Origin: Blepharisma stoltei ATCC 30299
Taxonomy: Eukaryota; Protista; Ciliophora
DNA: 64,000 nucleotides
Reading direction: 5' to 3'
Assembly: GCA_965603825.1 (NCBI GenBank)
Contig: CBFDEM010000030.1
Location: forward strand, 186,001-250,000
Under the pieces are notes generated by a model. That model saw only the letters and a program-made list of their open reading frames with translations. It was not told the origin of the DNA and did not search any database. Made by a program: the position numbers and the translations under genes. Shown piece by piece: positions 25,711 to 37,192 of this stretch (positions are counted from its first letter, which is position 1; every line of letters begins with the position of its first letter).

Positions 25711-26703
25711 TTATGGGCTTGACACATTTGGGTTTGAAGAGATAAAGATCATGCTGGATTCGAGCTTTCCTATACTGTATACTTGATCATTATCCCAAAG
25801 AGTGTTATTTTTTGACTCCTTCTTCCTCATAGCTAAGCTTGAATTTGCTGACATTAGGCTAATTTCAGTCACAAGCTTTGGAGTAAATGCCACTGTTTGC
25901 CCAGCTCGGTACACCGGTACCATTGGAGGATTTAGAGTTGGGGTCTGGACTCTTCTTTTTCTTATTTTAATCTTTTTTGGTATGAGCAGTACGTTGGTCT
26001 CAATTGATGCAATCCTTTCAATTACAATATCATCCTTAGATATTTCCTGCTTCGAAGGATCTATGCTTTCTTCTATCTCCTCACTTTGCGAGAGAATAGA
26101 CCAGTCCGTAACCTTCGCAATAATGCAAGACTCTTTAATAGAGTTACAGATCAGTAAAAAAATAACAACTCCTGATAAACCACAAATAATAATTAATGCC
26201 ATCATGTATCCTTTTTGCTTATCATCTGCGTCTGATCTATACTTGTCTATAAGCAAATAGATAATTACAAAAAGCATTACTATTACTGCAGATAAAAGGG
26301 GAATAAAAAGAAAATGAGTGAAACCTTGTTTTAAGCTATGCTTAGGCGAGCATTGGCTTGATATTTTGAACGTCATTTTATACTTGGCTTTGCATATCTC
26401 GCAAGCACTTTCTGCAAGATCCTTGTCTTGTGCCACCAATCATGTTTTAAGACATTCTTCATGAATGTATTTCACTGAGCCTGAGCATAGGCAAGGAGAA
26501 ACCAAGGGATACTTCGGTGTTTCATGTTCCATACATATTCTGCATGATGAGTCATTATTGTCAACACTCAGTTTAACGCTCATAGAAGACAGATTTAATG
26601 CGTTGGAAGCTGGAACTATCTTATTTGATAACAAAATCCGATTGTTATGGGGACTGTTAAGTTCAAATCCGGCCTCGCTATTTAAATCATGTGCCATTGC
26701 CAT
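25711..26703 (-). CDS. RING-CH (MARCH-type) E3 ubiquitin ligase with 2 TM
   Basis: CRIC..SPCLCSGSVKYIHEECLKT-W(TGA 26440)..CEICK, followed by two TM helices. Confidence 0.88.
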
Positions 26704-26871
26704 TTTACAGAAAAAACGTTTGAAGAGTGTGCACACACTAATAAGTCAATTTTTATGGAACTATAATTTTTTATAACATAGCACAATTAAGTTTCTCATA
26801 GAATTTAATTTAAATTATTATTGAGACTTTCGTATTCATTTTTTTATTTCATCTTTATTATTTTTTGTTAT

Positions 26872-27020
26872 TAAATATTTTTCAATAAGTCATGATTGAT
26901 AAACATATTTTTCAATAAATCATAACTGATATAAATATTTTTCAATAAATCATGGCTAATAAAAACGTTTTTCAATAAATAATGATTGATAAAAGCATTT
27001 TTCTATAAGTTATGGCTTAT
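26872..27020. repeat. 30-bp degenerate tandem repeat, about 5 copies
   Basis: Unit approximately TTCAATAAATCATGATTGATAAAAATATTT, starting at 26881, 26911, 26941, 26971 and 27001. Confidence 0.85.
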
Positions 27021-27053
27021 TATATAAAACTTAAAAAAATTTAATAAAATAGC

Positions 27054-29225
27054 TTATTTATTTAGTTTTTTTTTCAGTGTTGTAAACCAGCCTGGAGTAT
27101 TTTGGTTTGCCTGTGCAGTCTTAGAACTAGCAGTTTCTCTGAGCTTCGTTTTTATTTCTGTCTCTTTTCCATCTTCAACAAGCTGAGACAGCATTCCTTT
27201 CAAGGATTCGATTGCATCTCTTTTTGTTAAAATTTGCTTGATATCATTTTCAAGCTCTTCATTTCTCCTCACTAAAATATCATATTCTGCTCCAAGTTCT
27301 GAATGCTTTTGTTGAGCTTTTGTTAATTGTCTCTTTAAATCTGAAACTTCTTTTTCTTTCCCTTCAATTTGGCTAATTAGATAAGCATAAGGCTGCTCAG
27401 TTTGGTTTAAAAGCCTTTTGGCTAAATCTAATTCGGACTCTAGCCTTTCAAATTCGCTTTGAAGTTTTGCATTTTCTCCTCTTACAGCTTCTAATAGTAC
27501 TTGCTTTTCTTTTAGCTGCTTTGCAAGCTCTAAACTTTGTTTAATCCTTCTTTTAGCTGTGGTTGGAGCTTGAAATCCTTCTACATCTTGATTTCTAATA
27601 GCATCATCCAGCTCTTGTTCAATTAGAGCATATTGGTGTAAATTTTCTCGAGCAACTGCAAGCTCAGCTTTTAATTCAGCGTTTTCCTGGGTGCACTTAG
27701 TTTCAGCTTTATAAAACTCTTGCCTTAGAACGTCAACTTTTTCTTTGAGCATCTCATTTTCTGCTTTAGAATGTCTTAAAGCTTTTATTGTATCTTCATA
27801 GACATTGTGAGTCCTTTCTAAGTTATCAGTTTTTAGCCGTAGCTCACTTCTTAGCTCTTGCAGCTGTTCTTCCAGCTTTTTTTGCATGTTTCTAAACTCA
27901 ATCATAATAGCATCATATGCATCACATTTATCTTTATAGTCCTGCTCAAGCCGCGACAATTTTAATTCGGCCTCTTCTTTAGCTTCTTTAAGATACTCGA
28001 CTCTTTTAGTGTGAACTTCATTTAAATTGGTTTTAAGGTCGTCAACTTCTTTTTCATGCCTGTCCCTCATGTTTTGGAGCTCTTTTCGAAATCTTTCTTC
28101 AAAATCGCTGCTTTTTTCATTTTTGGCATCTAGTAGCCGATTTAAATAGTTTTGAGCAGCATTTTTAGCTTCTACGATTTCGACTTCGAGGCGATCATTT
28201 CTGTCCTCAAGTCTTTGGATTTTATCCTGAAGCTGAGTGTTTTGCTTAGTCAAATATGATTTATCTTTTGTTAGCAGCTCAAATTCTTTGTTTCTTCCAT
28301 CTAGCAAAGCTTTAGCTTCTTCTCGATCTTCTGTTAGCTGCCTTATTTGTGTTATTTGGGCTTCCACTTGATTTGTAAGTCTTGCTCTTTCCTCCATTGT
28401 TTTCTTGAGTTCTCTAGATATTTCATCAAATCTGATTGCTTTATCTCCATTTTCATCTGCTAGTTTTTTTACTTGGTCCACAACAGTATGTATTCTTTTA
28501 TTTTCTGCAGTAATTTCAGCATACTTTCTTTCTAAATCTTTTACATAACTCCCCGTATGGGCTTCAGTATGCGCAAGGTCTTTTTCAAGTCTTTGCTTTT
28601 TTTCTGACAAAATTGTGTTTTCAGCCCTCAAGGACTCGACTTCTTTTCTGATTCTATCATAGTTTCCTCTGTATCCGTCAACTAGATCATAAACTTTGAC
28701 GAAAATTCAGTCTCTTAAGCTCCTTTCTCCTTCAGGGATTCTTTTAAGCTCATAATAATGCTCTTCAGACACAACTAACTCTTTAAGTTGGTCTTTAAGG
28801 AGATCACTTCTTTCTTTTATTATTGGAGCTTCTAAAATTAATTTCCTGTTTTCATTTTTTAAAGACTCAATCTCTGCATTTTTTACATCAATTTGAACCT
28901 GTAGTTCTTTTCTGAAGTTTACCCGCTGAACTTCTGATGTTTCTTCTAGATGGTCTTTTTCTCGATTAAGCTCTCTGATGTGAAGCTTTAAGTCTCTAAT
29001 TTGTTTTTCGTAGTCTTGGCAAAGGTGCCTTATTTCAGCTGCTCGGTGGTGTGGCACACCTTGTAGATCTCTTGGCTCAGGTGTAAATCGGATCGAGCTA
29101 TGATCACTTAAGTCGTCTTCACTTTCGCTGACTGGAATCCCGTGCAAGAGGATTTTCATGTCATCTTGAGTTATAAGGGTTTTTTCAATTTGAAGTTCCT
29201 GCAAAAGGCCATATAAATCGCCCAT
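27054..29225 (-). CDS. PIBF1: PIBF1/CEP90-like basal-body coiled-coil protein, 723 aa
   Basis: APTTAKRRIKQSLELA, QPYAYLI and VSEEHYYELKRIPE match segments I recognise from PIBF1; TGA 28707=Trp joins the ORFs. Confidence 0.8.
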
Positions 29226-29480
29226 CTTATTTAAAATAACGAAATGTTTTGAAATTAAATTAAATAGTCATATACCAATATATCACCAGTTTCAAGCTTC
29301 CTAAGTATCAAATCCAACAAAAATTATGATTTTTTTTTAAACTCCAACAGAAATTATTAAGCTAGGCAAATTATGCATTTATTTTCTATTAATTCATATT
29401 ATGCCTGTTTTCTTTCCTAAACCAAAAACCCTTTTTACGCGCATAAATTCATAGGTATAAATTGATTTATACACTAAAAA

Positions 29481-30173
29481 ATGTCAAGAGAAGAAATTGT
29501 GTACAATGCCAAGCTTGCTGAGCATGCAGAGCGCTATGCAGACATGATAGCCTCCACTAAGCAGCTTATCGATGAAACTGGTGGTGCCCTTAACAACGAA
29601 GAACGTACCCTTTTCAGCGTCGCTTACAAGCAAGCTGTAGGTGAGCGCCGAAATGCACTTCGCATTTTAAACTCATATAAAGAAAAGCTCAGCTCTCGCG
29701 GTTCTGACCATATGGACGTCGTTGAAGAATACAGGCAAAGAGTCATAAAAGAGCTTCATGACCTTTGTCTTGAGGTCTGTCACCTCATTGAAGAAAAACT
29801 TATTGCGAGGAAAGAATCAGACGAAGTCGAAGTCTTCTATTTGAAAATGAAAGGAGATTACTATAGATATTTAGCTGAATCTGGCGACGAATCAGCTGTT
29901 CAAAACAGCCATTCAGCTTATGAAAGGGCTTCTGCAGCTGCTGCAAGCCTTCCAGCAAATAATCCAGTCAGACTCGGACTTGCACTCAATTTTTCAGTTT
30001 TCTATTATGAAGCTATGAAGGAGCAAGAAAAAGCTATCAACCTTGCCAAGAAAACTTTTGATGAGGCTCTGCCTACTTTGGAAGAACTTGACGAAAGGGC
30101 TTATAAAGAGGCTACTTCAATTTTGGGGCTGATTAAGGACAACTTGACTATTTGGACTAGCGAAGAGGAATAA
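29481..30173 (+). CDS. 14-3-3 protein
   Basis: AKLAEHAERY, FYLKMKGDYYRYLAE, PVRLGLALNFSVFYYE and KDNLTIW. Confidence 0.95.
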   Translation: MSREEIVYNAKLAEHAERYADMIASTKQLIDETGGALNNEERTLFSVAYKQAVGERRNALRILNSYKEKLSSRGSDHMDVVEEYRQRVIKELHDLCLEVCHLIEEKLIARKESDEVEVFYLKMKGDYYRYLAESGDESAVQNSHSAYERASAAAASLPANNPVRLGLALNFSVFYYEAMKEQEKAINLAKKTFDEALPTLEELDERAYKEATSILGLIKDNLTIWTSEEE

Positions 30174-30216
30174 ATTAGTCTAAGGTATTGAGTTTTAAGT
30201 TTCGATTATTAATTAT

Positions 30217-31746
30217 ATGGAAAATAGAATAGAGGCACTTGAGCATAAGTTAGATAATTTTGCAACAGAATTATTCGGAGAGGCATTTAGAGAGTATATA
30301 ATCGAGGTGGTACGGCAAAGTCAAGTAATGTCAAATGACATGGAATCAAACGAAATTGATTATATGAGAAAAAAAGTTTATAGAGAAGACTTTGAAACAA
30401 GAAAGCAAACAAAGTATGATTTAAAAGCAGCTCAAGAAAATATTGCAGCTTGTTATCGCGAGCTTCAAACTTTGGGAGCTGCAATTGTTGACGTTAAGAA
30501 AGGAATGGAAAATAAATCAGATTTAAGTGATATTGAAAATATTCACTCTGACTTCTCGAAATTCTGCACAAAAGAGTATGCAGCAATTTTATCTGAAAAT
30601 ATGAAGAACTTAGTGAATAACAATGATTTTAAAGTTTTGAAAAATGAATTTTATAAGCTAAAGGAAAATTTAGAAGTTGAGTATTTAAATAAAGCCCAAA
30701 TCTTTCAAAAAATTGATGCAGTTGAGTTTAAATTTAAAAATGAGCTTGAAAAGTATTGCACAAATGAGAGCAACTCTAATACAAATGCCAAGATGAAAAA
30801 AAGAATCGGTGACATTGAAACCTATGTTTCTGAATTAGATTCAAGATTGAATTTTTATAAAGGACAGACTAAAGATCTTATTTATTTAAATAAAAAAGAG
30901 CTTGCTGAAAAAGCAACAAGTGAGCAAGTTGAGAGAATTAAAGAAGAGCTTGCAGAAAAATTTTCAAAATATGATTTGACAAAAGGAACTAGCGAACTCA
31001 ATATCAAAATTTTAGGCCTGCAAAAAGAGTTATCAAAGATAAATAAAGCTCAAAGTGAATTTGAGCATGCTCTACTAAAATTTGATGAAGCGTTTCTAGA
31101 GAAGGCTTCTAAGTTTGAAGTAAAAGAAATCAGAAATAGGCTTGAAGCTATATCATCTCAGTCTTTAGTAAATGTAGATTTCAATGGGATCATTGAAAAA
31201 ATTAAATCACTTACAGAGAAATGTGGAACTTTCGAGTCAAATTTTCAACATTTTAATTTGGAAATTGCTGATATAAGCGAAAGGCATAAAGATATTGCTG
31301 ATTTAACTAGCCGTTATGAGTTTTTAAAGGAACTTACTTTAGATATTCAAGGAAAACTATCCAATAAAACTGATAAACTTGAATTCCACAGCTGCTTGGA
31401 ATCAAAAGCCACTTGTCAGGACATTCTAGATGTAAACGAAAGCATAAAAACTCTCCACAAACTTATCAAACTATCCTCAGCCCAAATTGGATTAATTCAA
31501 AAAAATCTATTTAGCCTAGGCAGCCTTGACAAAGTCCAAAGAGAGCAGATGACCTCCTCAATGCAAAGAGCCTTGGAGCAAATCCAAACCTCAAGCTTAG
31601 ACAAAGCCAAGCTCCCATTTCTAGAAAACTTCAGAAGCAAACTAAGCCCTATTGAAAAAATACGAGCATCTACAGACCTTTCCCCTTCAAAAAGCAGGAT
31701 TTCTCCTCATAAAAGAACACAAAATTCAATTGATAATATATTCTAA
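30217..31746 (+). CDS. Hypothetical coiled-coil protein, 509 aa
   Basis: Uninterrupted K/E/L-rich ORF. Confidence 0.75.
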   Translation: MENRIEALEHKLDNFATELFGEAFREYIIEVVRQSQVMSNDMESNEIDYMRKKVYREDFETRKQTKYDLKAAQENIAACYRELQTLGAAIVDVKKGMENKSDLSDIENIHSDFSKFCTKEYAAILSENMKNLVNNNDFKVLKNEFYKLKENLEVEYLNKAQIFQKIDAVEFKFKNELEKYCTNESNSNTNAKMKKRIGDIETYVSELDSRLNFYKGQTKDLIYLNKKELAEKATSEQVERIKEELAEKFSKYDLTKGTSELNIKILGLQKELSKINKAQSEFEHALLKFDEAFLEKASKFEVKEIRNRLEAISSQSLVNVDFNGIIEKIKSLTEKCGTFESNFQHFNLEIADISERHKDIADLTSRYEFLKELTLDIQGKLSNKTDKLEFHSCLESKATCQDILDVNESIKTLHKLIKLSSAQIGLIQKNLFSLGSLDKVQREQMTSSMQRALEQIQTSSLDKAKLPFLENFRSKLSPIEKIRASTDLSPSKSRISPHKRTQNSIDNIF

Positions 31747-31756
31747 TATTAATTTA

Positions 31757-34298
31757 TTAATTGTGTTTGCAAGCACATGCTCTGTTTAAAAGTGAACTTT
31801 TGGCAGCACATGAAAATCTTGTTCCTTTATATAAATAGCAGACCCCATCCTGCTTGGCTGGCAGTGAGCTTTCTTCTGATTCCAAGCAGCTTTTACAATT
31901 TAATAGTCTCATAGCTTCACTGCAGGTGTTTAATAAATTAATTCCAATTGGATCACAAAGTTTTCCAACTTTAGAACATGTTTCTGTACAGCTTTCTCCA
32001 GCTAAGCCTTCATAATTTGTGTATGGTTTTGCTAGTGTATCGACTAGGCTAGGCTCGTTGTATTTTATTGTATCAAGCTTATGGCATATGCATAATGATG
32101 GCTGGATTTGCTTGATTTTGCACATCTCTTCACATAGTCCTCCATAAACGTCTTGTCTTCTGATATAGATCATTCTTAAAGTCCTTTTCCCGTTTAAATA
32201 GACTTTTTGGAATAAAAACCCTTCAATTAGGCGTCTTTCAGTGACATACTCAGAAGTCACCATTGCTACACTTTCAAACCTCACAGCTGGATTTTCGTTA
32301 ATTGTTATGACAATTTTATAGAAATGCTTATTATTGTCAAGCTTCAGCCATTCAACTGATTCTATTTGTTTAAAAGTCACTCTTTGGCATATGTGAAAAC
32401 TATGGGATTTAAATGAAGTTGTGGACTCTTCATTTACCAAAATTATTACGTAATTTGCGATATCTATAAGCAGTCTTCGGATTTTTTTATTTTTTACTGA
32501 AAGCTCTGCGCTGCTGTCATATACATCAGGCTCAATTTTTTCAAAGGATAAACATGAGCAGAAAAATGGCTCAATATGAATATCAGCACAACTTCTGTCA
32601 TTAGGCACTTTATCTAAAAATAAGCTCATTGATTTATTACTGTCTGCTTCCCAAGATAGATAGTCTTCTGATGTTTTTGTGTAACCTCTATAATAAGGAA
32701 GATGAGCTAAATGCTTCAGCGATTTATGAAGGTCAAATTTAGAAATGAGCCTAAATGAGTTGTGGTAAAGCGAGTCATAGCTGTTTTTAATGTCATCTAA
32801 CAAAGAGTTAGAAGCAATCATAAACAGCATAGGCAATTTGTGCTCAATTGACCCTTCAAGCAGCTTATACCAGTCTCCATATCTCATTCCATGATCTGCC
32901 ATAAGGAATATAACAGTTTCGTCCTTTTCTTCTAGCAGTTTTCCTAAAATTTCGACTAAATCATCATCTAAAGTTGATATAACAGTCCCTGAGTCTTCAT
33001 GCCCAGGAAGACTCATAATGTGGGCCCACTTATTAAGACCTTGATAATTATGGACAAATTGATATGTATAATTTAAATTGTGGTAATGGGAATTTTGGTT
33101 CCCTATACATCTTTGAGTCTGTCCAAGGTCATCAAACCCAGAAAATCTTTCTGCGGCACACCAAAACATCGCCATTACATGATCTGCGTCTATTTTTCGT
33201 CCTGTTTTAAATGAAAAATAATCATCACAAAATTCTGTGCTGAATAAAGTCATCCAGCCTTTTTCTTTTAAGTAATACCAAAAAGCGTCAGGCCCAATAA
33301 GATCTTTCATTTGGACTTTATTTTCGTATTTTTCTTGTCTTGATAAATCAATTAAGGTTTTTCCGGTTCATACAGGATATACGTTAGGAAGAGAGTTATC
33401 ACCCATTACATTGTGGATTTTAAAATCAAAAACACTGAATTTGTTTGAGTCGATATTATTTAAAAATTCTTGAGTGTGTGGAAGTTTGCGGTAAAAGTGC
33501 CTCCTCGATAATGAGTCAAAAACAAGCATTAATACAGTTAATGGTTTTGTGGTGCGAGAGTTGTATTTTTCTTTAGCTCTTTCTTGCATTTCTTTCATTT
33601 TTTCTTTTGTTCTTTTTATAGATGTAGCATTTGGTCTATGAGAATAAACTGCGCCTTCTAGCATAGTTTTTTTAGTTGTGTCACAAGACCCAAATGCCCA
33701 TTCCTCATTATTTTTTAGCTCTACTGGCTTTCCGTGATATTCTTTCACAGACCCTTCGAATTTTTCATATCCAAGTCTTTCATCATTTGGATCAATTCCC
33801 AAATAGTAAATCCCTTCTTCTTTGTCACAATCCATGGTAAGCTTATTTGTGAATGGATCAATATCAATTATTTTTTTATGAACTTTTATTTTATCTGCGC
33901 AAGTAGGCCAAGGAATGTCTGGAAATATATTAATTGCGTCCTTACGGCTATACCCAAATTTTTCTGGCATACATTTCAAGGGAGGGTCATTTGGGTCTAA
34001 AAATGTTGCTAGTTGTTCATCTGCAGATTCAATTAATTGATTAAAATTAGAATGATTCAATTTGAACTGCTGATTTGAAATAAATACATTTCATGAGCAA
34101 TATTCAGTAGTGCAGTTAGGAATGCGATATTCATCTGTGTCATTTTCATTCTTTATTGATATCAAGTTTGCCTAAGCTATTTATTACATCTCCTGATAAA
34201 CTTGTTCTTGGGGGTCTGATATAATAGAATATATAAAATGAGATGTAAGTCAGCGCTAAAGCAGATAGCAAAAACGCAATTAAAGCTTCTTTAGCCAT
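31757..34298 (-). CDS. DUF229/sulfatase-like type II membrane protein; one 16-nt intron
   Basis: N-terminal TM anchor, VLMLVFDSLSRRHFYRKLP, GDNSLPN, FLMADHGMRYG, EHKLP and a Cys-rich C-terminus. Intron 34172-34187 plus TGA=Trp join the ORFs. Confidence 0.75.
34172..34187 (-). other. 16-nt intron (GTAATAAATAGCTTAG)
   Basis: Phase-0 GT..AG; removal restores the frame from ATG 34298 into ORF 33368-34060. Confidence 0.8.
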
Positions 34299-34303
34299 TT
34301 ATA

Positions 34304-35035
34304 TTATAAAATGTATTGATATTTAAAAATCATCCAAATTAAATGCCAAACTTTGAGGCTAGGCCAGTATATGCTGGTTAGCATTATAAACTTTGTAGTT
34401 TCACAGCATTGGTATAGCAAAAAGTTGCTGAGCCTCGATTCTCCAGTCCTTACCATCAGGTCTACAGGTTCTGGGATGTACAGCTCTTGCTCAATCATTT
34501 CTCTTGTAATATCATCAGCTTTAACAGCATTTTCACTAACTTTTAAAGCAACTTTTTCCATAGCCTGAGCTACTTCTTCCATTCCTCCATACCCCAAGCA
34601 AATATTTAATTTGCAGAGCGAGTTATGGCTCGTTTCTTTTTGAATTTTTTCTAATGCATCTTTTTGCTCTTTTGGAAACCCAGTTAGATCTCCACAAACT
34701 TTAACTTTAATTCCTTTTTGCATAACTACACTAGATTTTTCTGTAATTTTTTCACAACTTAATGAAAACAGCCTCATAAGCTCGTTAACTTCTTCAGTAC
34801 TTCTATTAAAATTGTCAGTTGAAAACGCAAAGACTGTAATTATTCTGATTTCTAGCTCCATACATCACTCTAAAACCTCAAGAAGTTTTTCAAGCCCAAA
34901 TTGATGCCCTTCGATTTTGTTCATTCCCGAGTTGAGTGCTCATCTTCTGTTTCCGTCCATTATAAACGCAATGTGATTAGGAATCTTCCCAGACTTGACT
35001 AGGTGCAGTAATAGCTTTTCATGATATTTTACCAT
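34304..35035 (-). CDS. cis-prenyltransferase (dehydrodolichyl diphosphate synthase-like)
   Basis: IPNHIAFIMDGNRR-W(TGA 34940)-A, FAFSTDNFNR and DLMVRTGESRLSNFLLYQ. Confidence 0.92.
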
Positions 35036-35150
35036 TTTTATACGTGTTAGTCTTTAAATAGTCAGATTTTTTTGAATTTATTTGGATAAGAAAAATCCAT
35101 CTGGTAAGGATTCATAAGGATGTTCCTGAATAATCTAAAATGTAATAAAA

Positions 35151-36266
35151 ATGGGCAAGAAAAATAATAAGCGAAAGCTAAAAGGTACTTCAACAGTATC
35201 AAAAGTTTCACAGACACTTGAAGACGGATCACCAAATTCAGACTCCCCCAAAGATTTTTCAGTACTCAGAGTCTCAGAAAACCCCCCAGAAAGCTCTACA
35301 GATATGATTCCAGAGAATGCTGATGACTTGAGAGAAGAAGTAATGGATTCTATTCGACAAATTTACACTGAATTTCTGAATGACTATGTTTCCTGCAAAA
35401 ATAAACGTCTTTGCTCTAAAAATCCTTTAGAGAAGCGCCAAACTTACAATTTAGTTGTTGACCGGGTATTCAGCAAAAAGCTGAGGTACGAACTAAAACA
35501 ATTAATCTACTCAGAAACCTCTAGAAGCGAGCTTAATTCTGCTCTTTTTGAAGGGGTTCATCTGTTTATTGACTCCTTGAATGACCAAATCTTCGAGCTC
35601 AAAGGGAAAAGCAAAATGCTGCAGGCCATTTGCATTGGTGAAGCTTATCATACGTTGCAAAACGCAGCTACACAAATTGGTAAAATTGTGAGCTGTATGT
35701 TTGCTGCTCAGAAGACGTCATTTGATGCTGTCAATAAGCTTGTCTTTTATGATAAACTTATAAAAAATAATCTTGGCCTGATCGAATACGTAAAAACTCA
35801 AGACCCTCGACACTATGCTGTTCAAATTATCACGAAGATGGAAAAAGAGCTGAAATACGCATCTGCAGTGATTACCAACCCTCCAGCACCTTTGACGAAG
35901 CCATTGCCCTTCGACACTAATTTTCAAAACTCTTCTGAAGATTCAGCTACTGACTCTGATGAAGAAATCAGAGGCGAGCCTCTCCACAACTTATCTCTTG
36001 ACGAGCTAGTCTCTTATATTGAAGGAAAACCACACACTTCTCCTAAAGCTTCGAAAAAAAAGCAGAAAAGTAAAGCTTCAACAGCTACAACTTCGCCTAT
36101 GAGGGAAGATGAAGTTAATTCAGACTCTCTTGATAGAGAAGTTGAAGAATTCGAAAAAAGACTTGAATTTAATGCTGTTCAAGATAGCCAAAAAATTAAA
36201 CCAAAATTGTCGAATGAGTTCTTAAATCGTCTGAAAATACAGATTAAAGAGCTAAAATCGATTTAA
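35151..36266 (+). CDS. Hypothetical protein, 371 aa
   Basis: Uninterrupted ORF; C-terminal LSLDELVSYIEG and LDREVEEFEKRL motifs (weak FAM193-C-like resemblance, unverified). Confidence 0.7.
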   Translation: MGKKNNKRKLKGTSTVSKVSQTLEDGSPNSDSPKDFSVLRVSENPPESSTDMIPENADDLREEVMDSIRQIYTEFLNDYVSCKNKRLCSKNPLEKRQTYNLVVDRVFSKKLRYELKQLIYSETSRSELNSALFEGVHLFIDSLNDQIFELKGKSKMLQAICIGEAYHTLQNAATQIGKIVSCMFAAQKTSFDAVNKLVFYDKLIKNNLGLIEYVKTQDPRHYAVQIITKMEKELKYASAVITNPPAPLTKPLPFDTNFQNSSEDSATDSDEEIRGEPLHNLSLDELVSYIEGKPHTSPKASKKKQKSKASTATTSPMREDEVNSDSLDREVEEFEKRLEFNAVQDSQKIKPKLSNEFLNRLKIQIKELKSI

Positions 36267-36284
36267 AATTAATTGAATAAGAGA

Positions 36285-36684
36285 TTAAAACGTTACACAC
36301 TTGTTTTTGCAACTCTCTTGGCCGATTCTATCTTCTTCACCACCATCGTAGTTGCCCAGGTGCTTTTGCATGCCTTTTTTGTCATTTTTCTCTAAAATGT
36401 TCATAGGCTCGAATTTTCCTTTGGATTGAGGAGAAGTGGAGGTGTCACCATAATGGGCGATTGCAGTAGGCCTGCTCGGTTCTTGATGGAAGTTGATGGA
36501 GTCAGTAGAGTTATGAGTAGATTTTGTAGCTACTGTGCTAGAACTGGAATCACGCTCATTCGGCTTATTGTCTATGATTTCCCCTTGGGGGATGTTAGGA
36601 ATTTTCGATTGATGAATAAAATATGGGTCGTCCTCTTGCTCATAATCAAATTGCCTTTTACTCAACTATTTAGAAATTTACCAT
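36285..36684 (-). CDS. Small disordered protein ending in a CaaX-like motif (CVTF); 16-nt intron immediately after ATG
   Basis: ATG 36684-36682, then intron 36666-36681, then TTG AGT..; C-terminus SCKNKCVTF. Confidence 0.72.
36666..36681 (-). other. 16-nt intron (GTAAATTTCTAAATAG)
   Basis: GT..AG directly after the start codon; supplies an ATG to an ORF that otherwise starts at TTG. Confidence 0.8.
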
Positions 36685-37192
36685 TTATTCTCTATAGTAT
36701 AATACATCATTTTGTCATATTGAAATTTGCGAATTTAATTTTATTTGAAAATTAATGTGAAGGTTTTTTTAAATAAAAAGAAGTTTTATTTTTATTTAAC
36801 CTAGCCAGTAAACAGCTAATTTTTGGTATGAGAAGACATAACATTCTATTGCTGCTTAATTAAAATAATATAGCATTGCTTAATAATTGATATTGCCAAA
36901 TTTTAGATGTAAATAAATTTCTGATTTTCTGTTATCATATATAGTAAAAATCAGAAAAACCTATTTCTGATTATAAATCAGGATTATTATATTTATTAAT
37001 AAGTTTACTTTAATAGACAAATATTATTTAACTGCTAATAACTCATGCATTTTGCGTTGTAAGCGCAAAATTTTGAAGGTTATTTCAGAAATAATTTCCA
37101 TATTCTAGCTAGCTCCCTTCAGTATTAATTAATCATTTTTTATTAATAAATTACAAATTTTCATTAATTCTGATCTAATTAATAAATAAAAA

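Noticed and set aside
26872-27020. CRISPR-like array
   Set aside because: Eukaryotic context, contiguous degenerate 30-bp units with no unique spacers, and no cas genes.
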